The notes under the pieces are model-generated. The model was not told the DNA's origin. It saw nothing but the letters and a program-made list of their open reading frames with translations, and did not search any database. A stretch of 64,000 bases of DNA from Desulfobacterales bacterium (lineage in GTDB: Bacteria; Desulfobacterota; Desulfobacteria; Desulfobacterales; UBA2174). This document shows positions 63,671 through 64,000 of the stretch, in pieces. The stretch is from the NCBI GenBank assembly GCA_963668645.2, contig CAXXWC010000019.1, positions 64,001 to 128,000 of the forward strand, read 5' to 3'. Within the stretch, counting starts at the first letter, position 1; each line of letters begins with the position of its first letter. The position numbers were made by a program, and so were the translations under genes.

Positions 63671-64000
63671 TCATTTGCCGCAGAGAAAAAAAATCAGCGC
63701 TTCGAGCACCAAACGGCCCGAAGCGACGCTGCTTTTCAATGCCCGATCGGTCTCGGCGAGCCGAACCAGAGCCGACTGGAGCTGTGCGCTTGAAAACCGC
63801 TGGGCCTGTTTGAGCAGCAGGTAGACCGGATAAGGACTCTGGGGATTTTTCACCAAAACGAGATCGGTGTCAATGCTCCGGCGCCGCCTTTTACCCTCTG
63901 GTTGCGGCGGCTGCCAGGAAGAGACCTGATCACTCAGACGCCGGTCGGCCTCCTTTAGCACGGGCAGAACGAGGCGTTGAAAATCGTCGTAACGCATCTG
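63671..64000 (-). CDS. holA: Probable DNA polymerase III delta subunit, C-terminal part (5' end outside the window)
   Basis: PYPVYLLLKQAQRFSSAQLQSALVRLAETDRALKSS...RLVLEALI matches the typical HolA C-terminal helical pattern. Confidence 0.7.
   Translation of the reverse strand, partial: QMRYDDFQRLVLPVLKEADRRLSDQVSSWQPPQPEGKRRRRSIDTDLVLVKNPQSPYPVYLLLKQAQRFSSAQLQSALVRLAETDRALKSSVASGRLVLEALIFFLCGK

Overview
GC-rich bacterial DNA whose gene content suggests a Desulfobacterota (Desulfobacterales-like) host; that assignment is inferred. The first third (1-20947, minus strand) is one uninterrupted reading frame that the supplied ORF track misses because its stop codon lies left of the window. It encodes a giant (>=6982 aa), very acidic surface protein with no signal peptide. 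It has a DUF4214/RsaA-like S-layer N-terminus, Gly/Asp calcium-binding repeats, ~460-550 aa degenerate repeats, a ~1050-1140 aa internal duplication and a recurring alpha-helical insert. Directly upstream on the same strand is a ~19 kb ABC-transporter-dependent (wzm/wzt) surface-polysaccharide cluster: GT4/GT2 enzymes, three methyltransferases, a GtrB-like plus GT-C pair, gmd, an epimerase and an EPS-type MarR regulator. The rest is mostly housekeeping: two ComEA-like genes, a VOC protein, manA, clpA, clpS, secA, folD, a TRAP transporter, an ACT protein, argC, a liv-type ABC transporter, pyk and the 3' end of holA. Two REP-like palindrome families occur in intergenic spaces. The best candidate for an undescribed system is the giant S-layer-like protein together with the adjacent methylated O-polysaccharide locus that may build its anchor. 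Family assignments come from motif recognition by eye; no database searches were run.
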